DNA of 64,000 bases. It comes from Eledone cirrhosa (Eukaryota). Every line of letters starts with the position of its first letter. Positions within the stretch are counted from its first letter, which is position 1. Shown here piece after piece: positions 1 through 11,736 of the stretch. A program made the position numbers and the translations under genes. Location: contig CAXHJY010001431.1 of NCBI GenBank assembly GCA_964016885.1, forward strand, positions 1 through 64,000, read 5' to 3'. The notes below the pieces were generated by a model, which saw only the letters and a list, made by a program, of their open reading frames with translations, was not told the DNA's origin and made no database searches.

Positions 1-195
1 TACCAGTAATTACAAATCGATCCGACCACGGGCGGCCGGCCAGGATCGAAAATGTAACTCCGCCGGCAAATTCGCATTTTTGTGATTCGTTTCTTCGAAG
101 CACACCATTCGCTGGTGGACTTCAGCTTCCGCATTTAGCATGGGCAGCTTTTCTTGAACATCACACCACACACAGCCAATGAGTGTCTGCACATA
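1..195. repeat. 195-bp monomer class (GGCCGGCCA, one C deleted; usually linked to CATGTACC and ACAAATCG)
   Basis: The next unit starts at 196. The same 1-bp deletion recurs near 1.96, 2.55, 3.9, 4.1, 6.9, 23.3, 26.1, 26.9, 55.2 and 60.9 kb, among others, and is marked in the ORF track by peptides ending ...ARGRIDL. Confidence 0.93.
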
Positions 196-391
196 TACCA
201 GTAATTACAGATCGATCCGACCACGGGCGGCCGGCCCACGATCGAAAAGGTAACTCCGCCGGCAAATTCGCATTTTTGTGATTCGTTTCTTCGAAGCACA
301 CCATTCGCTGGTGGACTTCAGCTTCCTCATTTAGCATGGGCAGCTCTTCTTGAAAATCACACCACACACAGCCAATGAGTGTCTGCACATA
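196..391. repeat. Representative 196-bp monomer (majority length class)
   Basis: TACCAG starts at 196 and again at 392. It carries GGCCGGCCCAC (3 C) and TTCGTTTCTTCG (3 T). Confidence 0.97.
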
Positions 392-783
392 TACCAGTAA
401 TTACAGATCGATCCGACCACAGGCGGCCGGCCCACGATCGAAAAGGTAACTCCGCCGGCAAATTCGCATTTTTGTGATTCGTTTCTTCGAAGCACACCAT
501 TCGTGGGTAGACTTCAGCTTCCGCATTTAGCATGGGCAGCTTTTCTTGTAAATCACACCACACACAGCAAATATGTGTCTGCACATGGACCAGTAATTAC
601 AGATCGATCCGACCATAGGCGGCCGGCCCACGATCGAAAAGGTAACTCCGCCAGCAAATTCGCATTTTTGTGATTCGTTTCTTCGAAGCACACCATTCGC
701 TGGTGGACTTCAGCTTCCGCATTTAGCATGGGCAACGTTTCGTGAAAATCACACCACACAGAGCAAATGTGTGTCTGCACATG

Positions 784-980
784 GACCAGTAATTACAGAT
801 CGATCCGACCACAGGCGGCCGGCCCACGATCGAAAAGGTAACTCCGCCGGTAAATAGTCATTTTTGTGATTCGTTTTCTTCGAAGCACACCATTCGCCGC
901 CGGACTTCAGCTTCCTCATTTAGCATGGGCAGCTTTTTTTGAAAATCACACCACACACAGTCAATGAGTGTCTGCACATA
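784..980. repeat. 197-bp divergent monomer class (GGTAAATAGTCA, extra T in CGTTTTCTTCG, CGCCGCCGGAC, CCTCAT)
   Basis: TAAATAGTC is seen at about 851, 3790, 5552, 7904, 9666, 12018, 14175, 16332, 18881, 21822, 25350, 31467, 34995, 52492, 54062, 55826, 57592, 59356, 61554, 62731 and 63908. Confidence 0.92.
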
Positions 981-3462
981 TACCAGTAATTACAGATCGA
1001 TCCGACCACAGGCGGCCGGCCCACGATCGAAAAGGTAACTCCGCCGGCAAATTCGCATTTTTGTGATTCGTTTCTTCGAAGCACACCATTCGCTGGTAGA
1101 CTTCAGCTTCCGCATTTAGCATGGGCAGCGTTTTTTGAAAATCACACCACACACAGTCAATGAGTGTCTGCACATATACCAGTAATTACAGATCGATCCG
1201 ACCAGAGGCGGCCGGCCCACGATCGAAAAGGTAACTCCGCTGGCAAATTCGCATTTTTGTGATTCGTTTCTTCGAAGCACACCATTCGCTGGTGGACTTC
1301 AGCTTCCGCATTTAGCATGGGCAGCTTTTCTTGAAAATCACACCACACACAGCAAATGTGTGTCTGCACATGGACCAGTAATTACAGATCGATCCGACCA
1401 TAGGCGGCCGGCCCACGATCGAAAAGGTAACTCCGCCGGCAAATTCGCATTTTTGTGATTCGTTTCTTCGAAGCACACCATTCGCTGGTGGACTTCAGCT
1501 TCCGCATTTAGCATGGGCAGCTTTTCTTGAAAATCACACCACACACAGCTAATGAGTGTCTGCACCTATACCAGTTATTACAGATCGATCCGACCACGGG
1601 CAGCCGGCCCACGATCGAAAAGGTAACTCCGCCGGCAAATTCGCATTTTTGTGATTCGTTTCTTCGAAGCACACCATTCGCTGGTGGACTTCAGCTTCCG
1701 CATTTAGCATGGGCAACGTTTCGTGAAAATCACACCACACAGAGCAAATGTGTGTCTGCACATGGACCAGTAATTACAGATCGATCCGACCACAGACGGC
1801 CGGCCCACGATCGAAAAGGTAACTCCGCCGGCAAATTCGCATTTTTGTGATTCGTTTCTTCGAAGCACACCATTCGCTGGTGGACTTCAGCTTCCGCATT
1901 TAGCATGGGCAACTTTTCTTGAAAATCACACCACACACAGGCAATGAGTGTCTGCACATGTACCAGTAATTACAAATCGATCCGACCACGGGCGGCCGGC
2001 CAGGATCGAAAATGTAACTCCGCCGGCAAATTCGCATTTTTGTGATTCGTTTCTTCGAAGCACACCATTCGCTGGTGGACTTCAGCTTCCGCATTTAGCA
2101 TGGGCAGCTTTTCTTGAACATCACACCACACACAGCCAATGAGTGTCTGCACATATACCAGTAATTACAGATCGATCCGACCACGGGCGGCCGGCCCACG
2201 ATCGAAAAGGTAACTCCGCCGGCAAATTCGCATTTTTGTGATTCGTTTCTTCGAAGCACACCATTCGCTGGTGGACTTCAGCTTCCTCATTTAGCATGGG
2301 CAGCTCTTCTTGAAAATCACACCACACACAGCCAATGAGTGTCTGCACATATACCAGTAATTACAGATCGATCCGACCACAGGCGGCCGGCCCACGATCG
2401 AAAAGGTAACTCCGCCGGCAAATTCGCATTTTTGTGATTCGTTTCTTCGAAGCACACCATTCGCTGGTGGACTTCAGCTTCCGCATTTAGCTTGGGCAAC
2501 TTTTCTTGAAAATCACACCACACACAGGCAATGAGTGTCTGCACATGTACCAGTAATTACAAATCGATCCGACCACGGGCGGCCGGCCACGATCGAAAAG
2601 GTAACTCCGCCGGCAAATTCGCATTTTTGTGATTCGTTTCTTCGAAGCACACCATTCGCTGGTGGACTTCAGCTTCCTCATTTAGCATGGGCAGCTTTTC
2701 TTGAACATCACACCACACACAGCCAATGAGTGTCTGCACATATACCAGTAATTACAGATCGATCCGACCACGGGCGGCCGGCCCACGATCGAAAAGGTAA
2801 CTCCGCCGGCAAATTCGCATTTTTGTGATTCGTTTCTTCGAAGCACACCATTCGCTGGTAGACTTCAGCTTCCGCATTTAGCATGGGCAGCGTTTTTTGA
2901 AAATCACACCACACACAGTCAATGAGTGTCTGCACATATACCAGTAATTACAGATCGATCCGACCAGAGGCGGCCGGCCCACGATCGAAAAGGTAACTCC
3001 GCTGGCAAATTCGCATTTTTGTGATTCGTTTCTTCGAAGCACACCATTCGCTGGTGGACTTCAGCTTCCTCATTTAGCATGGGCAGCTTTTCTTGAAAAT
3101 CACACCACACATAGCCAATGAGTGTCTGCACATATACCAGTAATTACAGATCGATCCGACCACGGGCGGCCGGCCCACGATCGAAAAGGTAACTCCGCCG
3201 GCAAATTCGCATTTTTGTGATTCGTTTCTTCGAAGCACACCATTCGCTGGTGGACTTCAGCTTCCGCATTTAGCATGGGCAGCTTTTCTTGAACATCACA
3301 CCACACACAGCCAATGAGTGTCTGTACATATACCAGTAATTACAGATCGATCCGACCACAGGCGGCCGGCCCACGATCGAAAAGGTAACTCCGCCGGCAA
3401 ATTCGCATTTTTGTGATTCGTTTCTTCGAAGCACACCATTCGTGGGTAGACTTCAGCTTCCG

Positions 3463-6400
3463 CATTTAGCATGGGCAGCTTTTCTTGAAAATCACACCAC
3501 ACACAGCAAATGTGTGTCTGCACATGGACCAGTAATTACAGATCGATCCGACCATAGGCGGCCGGCCCACGATCGAAAAGGTAACTCCGCCAGCAAATTC
3601 GCATTTTTGTGATTCGTTTCTTCGAAGCACACCATTCGCTGGTGGACTTCAGCTTCCGCATTTAGCATGGGCAACGTTTCGTGAAAATCACACCACACAG
3701 AGCAAATGTGTGTCTGCACATGGACCAGTAATTACAGATCGATCCGACCACAGGCGGCCGGCCCACGATCGAAAAGGTAACTCCGCCGGTAAATAGTCAT
3801 TTTTGTGATTCGTTTTCTTCGAAGCACACCATTCGCCGCCGGACTTCAGCTTCCTCATTTAGCATGGGCAGCTTTTTTTGAAAATCACACCACACACAGG
3901 CAATGAGTGTCTGCACATGTACCAGTAATTACAAATCGATCCGACCACGGGCGGCCGGCCACGATCGAAAAGGTAACTCCGCCGGCAAATTCGCATTTTT
4001 GTGATTCGTTTCTTCGAAGCACACCATTCGCTGGTGGACTTCAGCTTCCGCATTTAGCTTGGGCAACTTTTCTTGAAAATCACACCACACACAGGCAATG
4101 AGTGTCTGCACATGTACCAGTAATTACAAATCGATCCGACCACGGGCGGCCGGCCACGATCGAAAAGGTAACTCCGCCGGCAAATTCGCATTTTTGTGAT
4201 TCGTTTCTTCGAAGCACACCATTCGCTGGTGGACTTCAGCTTCCTCATTTAGCATGGGCAGCTTTTCTTGAACATCACACCACACACAGCCAATGAGTGT
4301 CTGCACATATACCAGTAATTACAGATCGATCCGACCACGGGCGGCCGGCCCACGATCGAAAAGGTAACTCCGCCGGCAAATTCGCATTTTTGTGATTCGT
4401 TTCTTCGAAGCACACCATTCGCTGGTAGACTTCAGCTTCCGCATTTAGCATGGGCAGCGTTTTTTGAAAATCACACCACACACAGTCAATGAGTGTCTGC
4501 ACATATACCAGTAATTACAGATCGATCCGACCAGAGGCGGCCGGCCCACGATCGAAAAGGTAACTCCGCTGGCAAATTCGCATTTTTGTGATTCGTTTCT
4601 TCGAAGCACACCATTCGCTGGTGGACTTCAGCTTCCTCATTTAGCATGGGCAGCTTTTCTTGAAAATCACACCACACACAGCAAATGTGTGTCTGCACAT
4701 GGACCAGTAATTACAGATCGATCCGACCATAGGCGGCCGGCCCACGATCGAAAAGGTAACTCCGCCGGCAAATTCGCATTTTTGTGATTCGTTTCTTCGA
4801 AGCACACCATTCGCTGGTGGACTTCAGCTTCCGCATTTAGCATGGGCAGCTTTTCTTGAAAATCACACCACACACAGCTAATGAGTGTCTGCACCTATAC
4901 CAGTTATTACAGATCGATCCGACCACGGGCGGCCGGCCAGGATCGAAAATGTAACTCCGCCGGCAAATTCGCATTTTTGTGATTCGTTTCTTCGAAGCAC
5001 ACCATTCGCTGGTGGACTTCAGCTTCCGCATTTAGCATGGGCAGCTTTTCTTGAACATCACACCACACACAGCCAATGAGTGTCTGTACATATACCAGTA
5101 ATTACAGATCGATCCGACCACAGGCGGCCGGCCCACGATCGAAAAGGTAACTCCGCCGGCAAATTCGCATTTTTGTGATTCGTTTCTTCGAAGCACACCA
5201 TTCGTGGGTAGACTTCAGCTTCCGCATTTAGCATGGGCAGCTTTTCTTGAAAATCACACCACACACAGCAAATGTGTGTCTGCACATGGACCAGTAATTA
5301 CAGATCGATCCGACCATAGGCGGCCGGCCCACGATCGAAAAGGTAACTCCGCCAGCAAATTCGCATTTTTGTGATTCGTTTCTTCGAAGCACACCATTCG
5401 CTGGTGGACTTCAGCTTCCGCATTTAGCATGGGCAACGTTTCGTGAAAATCACACCACACAGAGCAAATGTGTGTCTGCACATGGACCAGTAATTACAGA
5501 TCGATCCGACCACAGGCGGCCGGCCCACGATCGAAAAGGTAACTCCGCCGGTAAATAGTCATTTTTGTGATTCGTTTTCTTCGAAGCACACCATTCGCCG
5601 CCGGACTTCAGCTTCCTCATTTAGCATGGGCAGCTTTTTTTGAAAATCACACCACACACAGTCAATGAGTGTCTGCACATATACCAGTAATTACAGATCG
5701 ATCCGACCACAGGCGGCCGGCCCACGATCGAAAAGGTAACTCCGCCGGCAAATTCGCATTTTTGTGATTCGTTTCTTCGAAGCACACCATTCGCTGGTGG
5801 ACTTCAGCTTCCGCATTTAGCATGGGCAGCTTTTCTTGAAAATCACACCACACACAGCAAATGTGTGTCTGCACATGGACCAGTAATTACAGATCGATCC
5901 GACCATAGGCGGCCGGCCCACGATCGAAAAGGTAACTCCGCCGGCAAATTCGCATTTTTGTGATTCGTTTCTTCGAAGCACACCATTCGCTGGTGGACTT
6001 CAGCTTCCGCATTTAGCTTGGGCAACTTTTCTTGAAAATCACACCACACACAGGCAATGAGTGTCTGCACATGTACCAGTAATTACAAATCGATCCGACC
6101 ACGGGCGGCCGGCCACGATCAAAAAAGGTAACTCCGCCGGCAAATTCGCATTTTTGTGATTCGTTTCTTCGAAGCACACCATTCGCTGGTGGACTTCAGC
6201 TTCCTCATTTAGCATGGGCAGCTTTTCTTGAACATCACACCACACACAGCCAATGAGTGTCTGCACATATACCAGTAATTACAGATCGATCCGACCACGG
6301 GCGGCCGGCCCACGATCGAAAAGGTAACTCCGCCGGCAAATTCGCATTTTTGTGATTCGTTTCTTCGAAGCACACCATTCGCTGGTAGACTTCAGCTTCC

Positions 6401-9400
6401 GCATTTAGCATGGGCAGCGTTTTTTGAAAATCACACCACACACAGTCAATGAGTGTCTGCACATATACCAGTAATTACAGATCGATCCGACCAGAGGCGG
6501 CCGGCCCACGATCGAAAAGGTAACTCCGCTGGCAAATTCGCATTTTTGTGATTCGTTTCTTCGAAGCACACCATTCGCTGGTAGACTTCAGCTTCCGCAT
6601 TTAGCATGGGCAGCGTTTTTTGAAAATCACACCACACACAGTCAATGAGTGTCTGCACATATACCAGTAATTACAGATCGATCCGACCAGAGGCGGCCGG
6701 CCCACGATCGAAAAGGTAACTCCGCTGGCAAATTCGCATTTTTGTGATTCGTTTCTTCGAAGCACACCATTCGCTGGTGGACTTCAGCTTCCGCATTTAG
6801 CATGGGCAACTTTTCTTGAAAATCACACCACACACAGGCAATGAGTGTCTGCACATGTACCAGTAATTACAAATCGATCCGACCACGGGCGGCCGGCCAC
6901 GATCGAAAAGGTAACTCCGCCGGCAAATTCGCATTTTTGTGATTCGTTTCTTCGAAGCACACCATTCGCTGGTGGACTTCAGCTTCCGCATTTAGCATGG
7001 GCAGCTTTTCTTGAACATCACACCACACACAGCCAATGAGTGTCTGCACATATACCAGTAATTACAGATCGATCCGACCACGGGCGGCCGGCTCACGATC
7101 GAAAAGGTAACTCCGCCGGCAAATTCGCATTTTTGTGATTCGTTTCTTCGAAGCACACCATTCGCTGGTGGACTTTAGCTTCCTCATTTAGCATGGGCAG
7201 TTTTTCTTGAAAATCACACCACACACAGCAAATGTGTGTCTGCACATGGACCAGTAATTACAGATCGATCCGACCACGGGCGGCCGGCCCACCATCGAAA
7301 AGGTAACTCCGCCGGCAAATTCGCATTTTTGTGATTCGTTTCTTCGAAGCACACCATTCGCTGGTGGACTTCAGCTTCCGCATTTAGCATGGGCAGCTTT
7401 TCTTGAAAATCACACCACACACAGTCAATGAGTGTCTGCACATATACCAGTAATTACAGATCGATCCGACCACGGGCGGCCGGCTCACGATCGAAAAGGT
7501 AACTCCGCCGGCAAATTCGCATTTTTGTGATTCGTTTCTTCGAAGCACACCATTCGCTGGTGGACTTCAGCTTCCTCATTTAGCATGGGCAGCTTTTCTT
7601 GAAAATCACACCACACACAGCAAATGTGTGTCTGCACATGGACCAGTAATTACAGATCGATCCGACCATAGGCGGCCGGCCCACGATCGAAAAGGTAACT
7701 CCGCCAGCAAATTCGCATTTTTGTGATTCGTTTCTTCGAAGCACACCATTCGCTGGTGGACTTCAGCTTCCGCATTTAGCATGGGCAACGTTTCGTGAAA
7801 ATCACACCACACAGAGCAAATGTGTGTCTGCACATGGACCAGTAATTACAGATCGATCCGACCACAGGCGGCCGGCCCACGATCGAAAAGGTAACTCCGC
7901 CGGTAAATAGTCATTTTTGTGATTCGTTTTCTTCGAAGCACACCATTCGCCGCCGGACTTCAGCTTCCTCATTTAGCATGGGCAGCTTTTTTTGAAAATC
8001 ACACCACACACAGGCAATGAGTGTCTGCACATGTACCAGTAATTACAAATCGATCCGACCACGGGCGGCCGGCCACGATCGAAAAGGTAACTCCGCCGGC
8101 AAATTCGCATTTTTGTGATTCGTTTCTTCGAAGCACACCATTCGCTGGTGGACTTCAGCTTCCGCATTTAGCTTGGGCAACTTTTCTTGAAAATCACACC
8201 ACACACAGGCAATGAGTGTCTGCACATGTACCAGTAATTACAAATCGATCCGACCACGGGCGGCCGGCCACGATCGAAAAGGTAACTCCGCCGGCAAATT
8301 CGCATTTTTGTGATTCGTTTCTTCGAAGCACACCATTCGCTGGTGGACTTCAGCTTCCTCATTTAGCATGGGCAGCTTTTCTTGAACATCACACCACACA
8401 CAGCCAATGAGTGTCTGCACATATACCAGTAATTACAGATCGATCCGACCACGGGCGGCCGGCCCACGATCGAAAAGGTAACTCCGCCGGCAAATTCGCA
8501 TTTTTGTGATTCGTTTCTTCGAAGCACACCATTCGCTGGTAGACTTCAGCTTCCGCATTTAGCATGGGCAGCGTTTTTTGAAAATCACACCACACACAGT
8601 CAATGAGTGTCTGCACATATACCAGTAATTACAGATCGATCCGACCAGAGGCGGCCGGCCCACGATCGAAAAGGTAACTCCGCTGGCAAATTCGCATTTT
8701 TGTGATTCGTTTCTTCGAAGCACACCATTCGCTGGTGGACTTCAGCTTCCTCATTTAGCATGGGCAGCTTTTCTTGAAAATCACACCACACACAGCAAAT
8801 GTGTGTCTGCACATGGACCAGTAATTACAGATCGATCCGACCATAGGCGGCCGGCCCACGATCGAAAAGGTAACTCCGCCGGCAAATTCGCATTTTTGTG
8901 ATTCGTTTCTTCGAAGCACACCATTCGCTGGTGGACTTCAGCTTCCGCATTTAGCATGGGCAGCTTTTCTTGAAAATCACACCACACACAGCTAATGAGT
9001 GTCTGCACCTATACCAGTTATTACAGATCGATCCGACCACGGGCGGCCGGCCAGGATCGAAAATGTAACTCCGCCGGCAAATTCGCATTTTTGTGATTCG
9101 TTTCTTCGAAGCACACCATTCGCTGGTGGACTTCAGCTTCCGCATTTAGCATGGGCAGCTTTTCTTGAACATCACACCACACACAGCCAATGAGTGTCTG
9201 TACATATACCAGTAATTACAGATCGATCCGACCACAGGCGGCCGGCCCACGATCGAAAAGGTAACTCCGCCGGCAAATTCGCATTTTTGTGATTCGTTTC
9301 TTCGAAGCACACCATTCGTGGGTAGACTTCAGCTTCCGCATTTAGCATGGGCAGCTTTTCTTGAAAATCACACCACACACAGCAAATGTGTGTCTGCACA

Positions 9401-11736
9401 TGGACCAGTAATTACAGATCGATCCGACCATAGGCGGCCGGCCCACGATCGAAAAGGTAACTCCGCCAGCAAATTCGCATTTTTGTGATTCGTTTCTTCG
9501 AAGCACACCATTCGCTGGTGGACTTCAGCTTCCGCATTTAGCATGGGCAACGTTTCGTGAAAATCACACCACACAGAGCAAATGTGTGTCTGCACATGGA
9601 CCAGTAATTACAGATCGATCCGACCACAGGCGGCCGGCCCACGATCGAAAAGGTAACTCCGCCGGTAAATAGTCATTTTTGTGATTCGTTTTCTTCGAAG
9701 CACACCATTCGCCGCCGGACTTCAGCTTCCTCATTTAGCATGGGCAGCTTTTTTTGAAAATCACACCACACACAGTCAATGAGTGTCTGCACATATACCA
9801 GTAATTACAGATCGATCCGACCACAGGCGGCCGGCCCACGATCGAAAAGGTAACTCCGCCGGCAAATTCGCATTTTTGTGATTCGTTTCTTCGAAGCACA
9901 CCATTCGCTGGTGGACTTCAGCTTCCGCATTTAGCATGGGCAGCTTTTCTTGAAAATCACACCACACACAGCAAATGTGTGTCTGCACATGGACCAGTAA
10001 TTACAGATCGATCCGACCATAGGCGGCCGGCCCACGATCGAAAAGGTAACTCCGCCGGCAAATTCGCATTTTTGTGATTCGTTTCTTCGAAGCACACCAT
10101 TCGCTGGTGGACTTCAGCTTCCGCATTTAGCTTGGGCAACTTTTCTTGAAAATCACACCACACACAGGCAATGAGTGTCTGCACATGTACCAGTAATTAC
10201 AAATCGATCCGACCACGGGCGGCCGGCCACGATCAAAAAAGGTAACTCCGCCGGCAAATTCGCATTTTTGTGATTCGTTTCTTCGAAGCACACCATTCGC
10301 TGGTGGACTTCAGCTTCCTCATTTAGCATGGGCAGCTTTTCTTGAACATCACACCACACACAGCCAATGAGTGTCTGCACATATACCAGTAATTACAGAT
10401 CGATCCGACCACGGGCGGCCGGCCCACGATCGAAAAGGTAACTCCGCCGGCAAATTCGCATTTTTGTGATTCGTTTCTTCGAAGCACACCATTCGCTGGT
10501 AGACTTCAGCTTCCGCATTTAGCATGGGCAGCGTTTTTTGAAAATCACACCACACACAGTCAATGAGTGTCTGCACATATACCAGTAATTACAGATCGAT
10601 CCGACCAGAGGCGGCCGGCCCACGATCGAAAAGGTAACTCCGCTGGCAAATTCGCATTTTTGTGATTCGTTTCTTCGAAGCACACCATTCGCTGGTAGAC
10701 TTCAGCTTCCGCATTTAGCATGGGCAGCGTTTTTTGAAAATCACACCACACACAGTCAATGAGTGTCTGCACATATACCAGTAATTACAGATCGATCCGA
10801 CCAGAGGCGGCCGGCCCACGATCGAAAAGGTAACTCCGCTGGCAAATTCGCATTTTTGTGATTCGTTTCTTCGAAGCACACCATTCGCTGGTGGACTTCA
10901 GCTTCCGCATTTAGCATGGGCAACTTTTCTTGAAAATCACACCACACACAGGCAATGAGTGTCTGCACATGTACCAGTAATTACAAATCGATCCGACCAC
11001 GGGCGGCCGGCCACGATCGAAAAGGTAACTCCGCCGGCAAATTCGCATTTTTGTGATTCGTTTCTTCGAAGCACACCATTCGCTGGTGGACTTCAGCTTC
11101 CGCATTTAGCATGGGCAGCTTTTCTTGAACATCACACCACACACAGCCAATGAGTGTCTGCACATATACCAGTAATTACAGATCGATCCGACCACGGGCG
11201 GCCGGCTCACGATCGAAAAGGTAACTCCGCCGGCAAATTCGCATTTTTGTGATTCGTTTCTTCGAAGCACACCATTCGCTGGTGGACTTTAGCTTCCTCA
11301 TTTAGCATGGGCAGTTTTTCTTGAAAATCACACCACACACAGCAAATGTGTGTCTGCACATGGACCAGTAATTACAGATCGATCCGACCACGGGCGGCCG
11401 GCCCACCATCGAAAAGGTAACTCCGCCGGCAAATTCGCATTTTTGTGATTCGTTTCTTCGAAGCACACCATTCGCTGGTGGACTTCAGCTTCCGCATTTA
11501 GCATGGGCAGCTTTTCTTGAAAATCACACCACACACAGTCAATGAGTGTCTGCACATATACCAGTAATTACAGATCGATCCGACCACGGGCGGCCGGCTC
11601 ACGATCGAAAAGGTAACTCCGCCGGCAAATTCGCATTTTTGTGATTCGTTTCTTCGAAGCACACCATTCGCTGGTGGACTTCAGCTTCCTCATTTAGCAT
11701 GGGCAGCTTTTCTTGAAAATCACACCACACACAGCA
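3463..11736. repeat. Tandem duplication of a 4114-bp (21-monomer) block, 2 copies
   Basis: ORFs 3492..7441 recur with identical peptides at +4114 (7606..11555). Rare variants are shared: GATCAAAAAAGG at ~6117/10231 and GACTTTAGC at ~7171/11285. Confidence 0.9.

Noticed and set aside
160-175. CA microsatellite or telomeric repeat (CACACCACACACA)
   Set aside because: It is a short fixed-length part of the monomer with no length variation and no telomere motif.
200-265. HDV-like ribozyme (paired GCCGGC elements, AGTTAC/GTAATT pairing on the minus strand)
   Set aside because: It lacks the G1 pair, a proper P3/L3 (UCCNCGY), the P1.1 GG and the catalytic C-R-A junction. The pairing follows simply from the palindromic GCCGGC.
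265-315. CENP-B box suggested by the repeated TTCG
   Set aside because: No TTCG on either strand fits TTCG-N4-A-N2-CGGG; the CGGG part is missing in every case.
280-325. Hammerhead ribozyme as in newt, schistosome or cricket satellites (minus strand CTGAAGT, CACCA/TGGTG stem, GAAAC)
   Set aside because: The core reads CUGAAGU rather than CUGANGA, about 9 nt separate the stem from GAAA, and stems I and III are not evident. An Rfam cmscan would settle it.
196-391. Trypanosoma cruzi 195-bp satellite (similar length and GC)
   Set aside because: The diagnostic sequences as I recall them (GAGCTCTTGCCCACACGGGTGCT, CACACACTGGACACCAA, CCTCCAAGCAGCGGATA) are absent on both strands. Only the length matches.
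1-391. 5S rRNA, tRNA or SINE tandem unit
   Set aside because: No recognisable 5S sequence, cloverleaf, Pol III A/B box (GTTCRA...CC) or poly-A tail.
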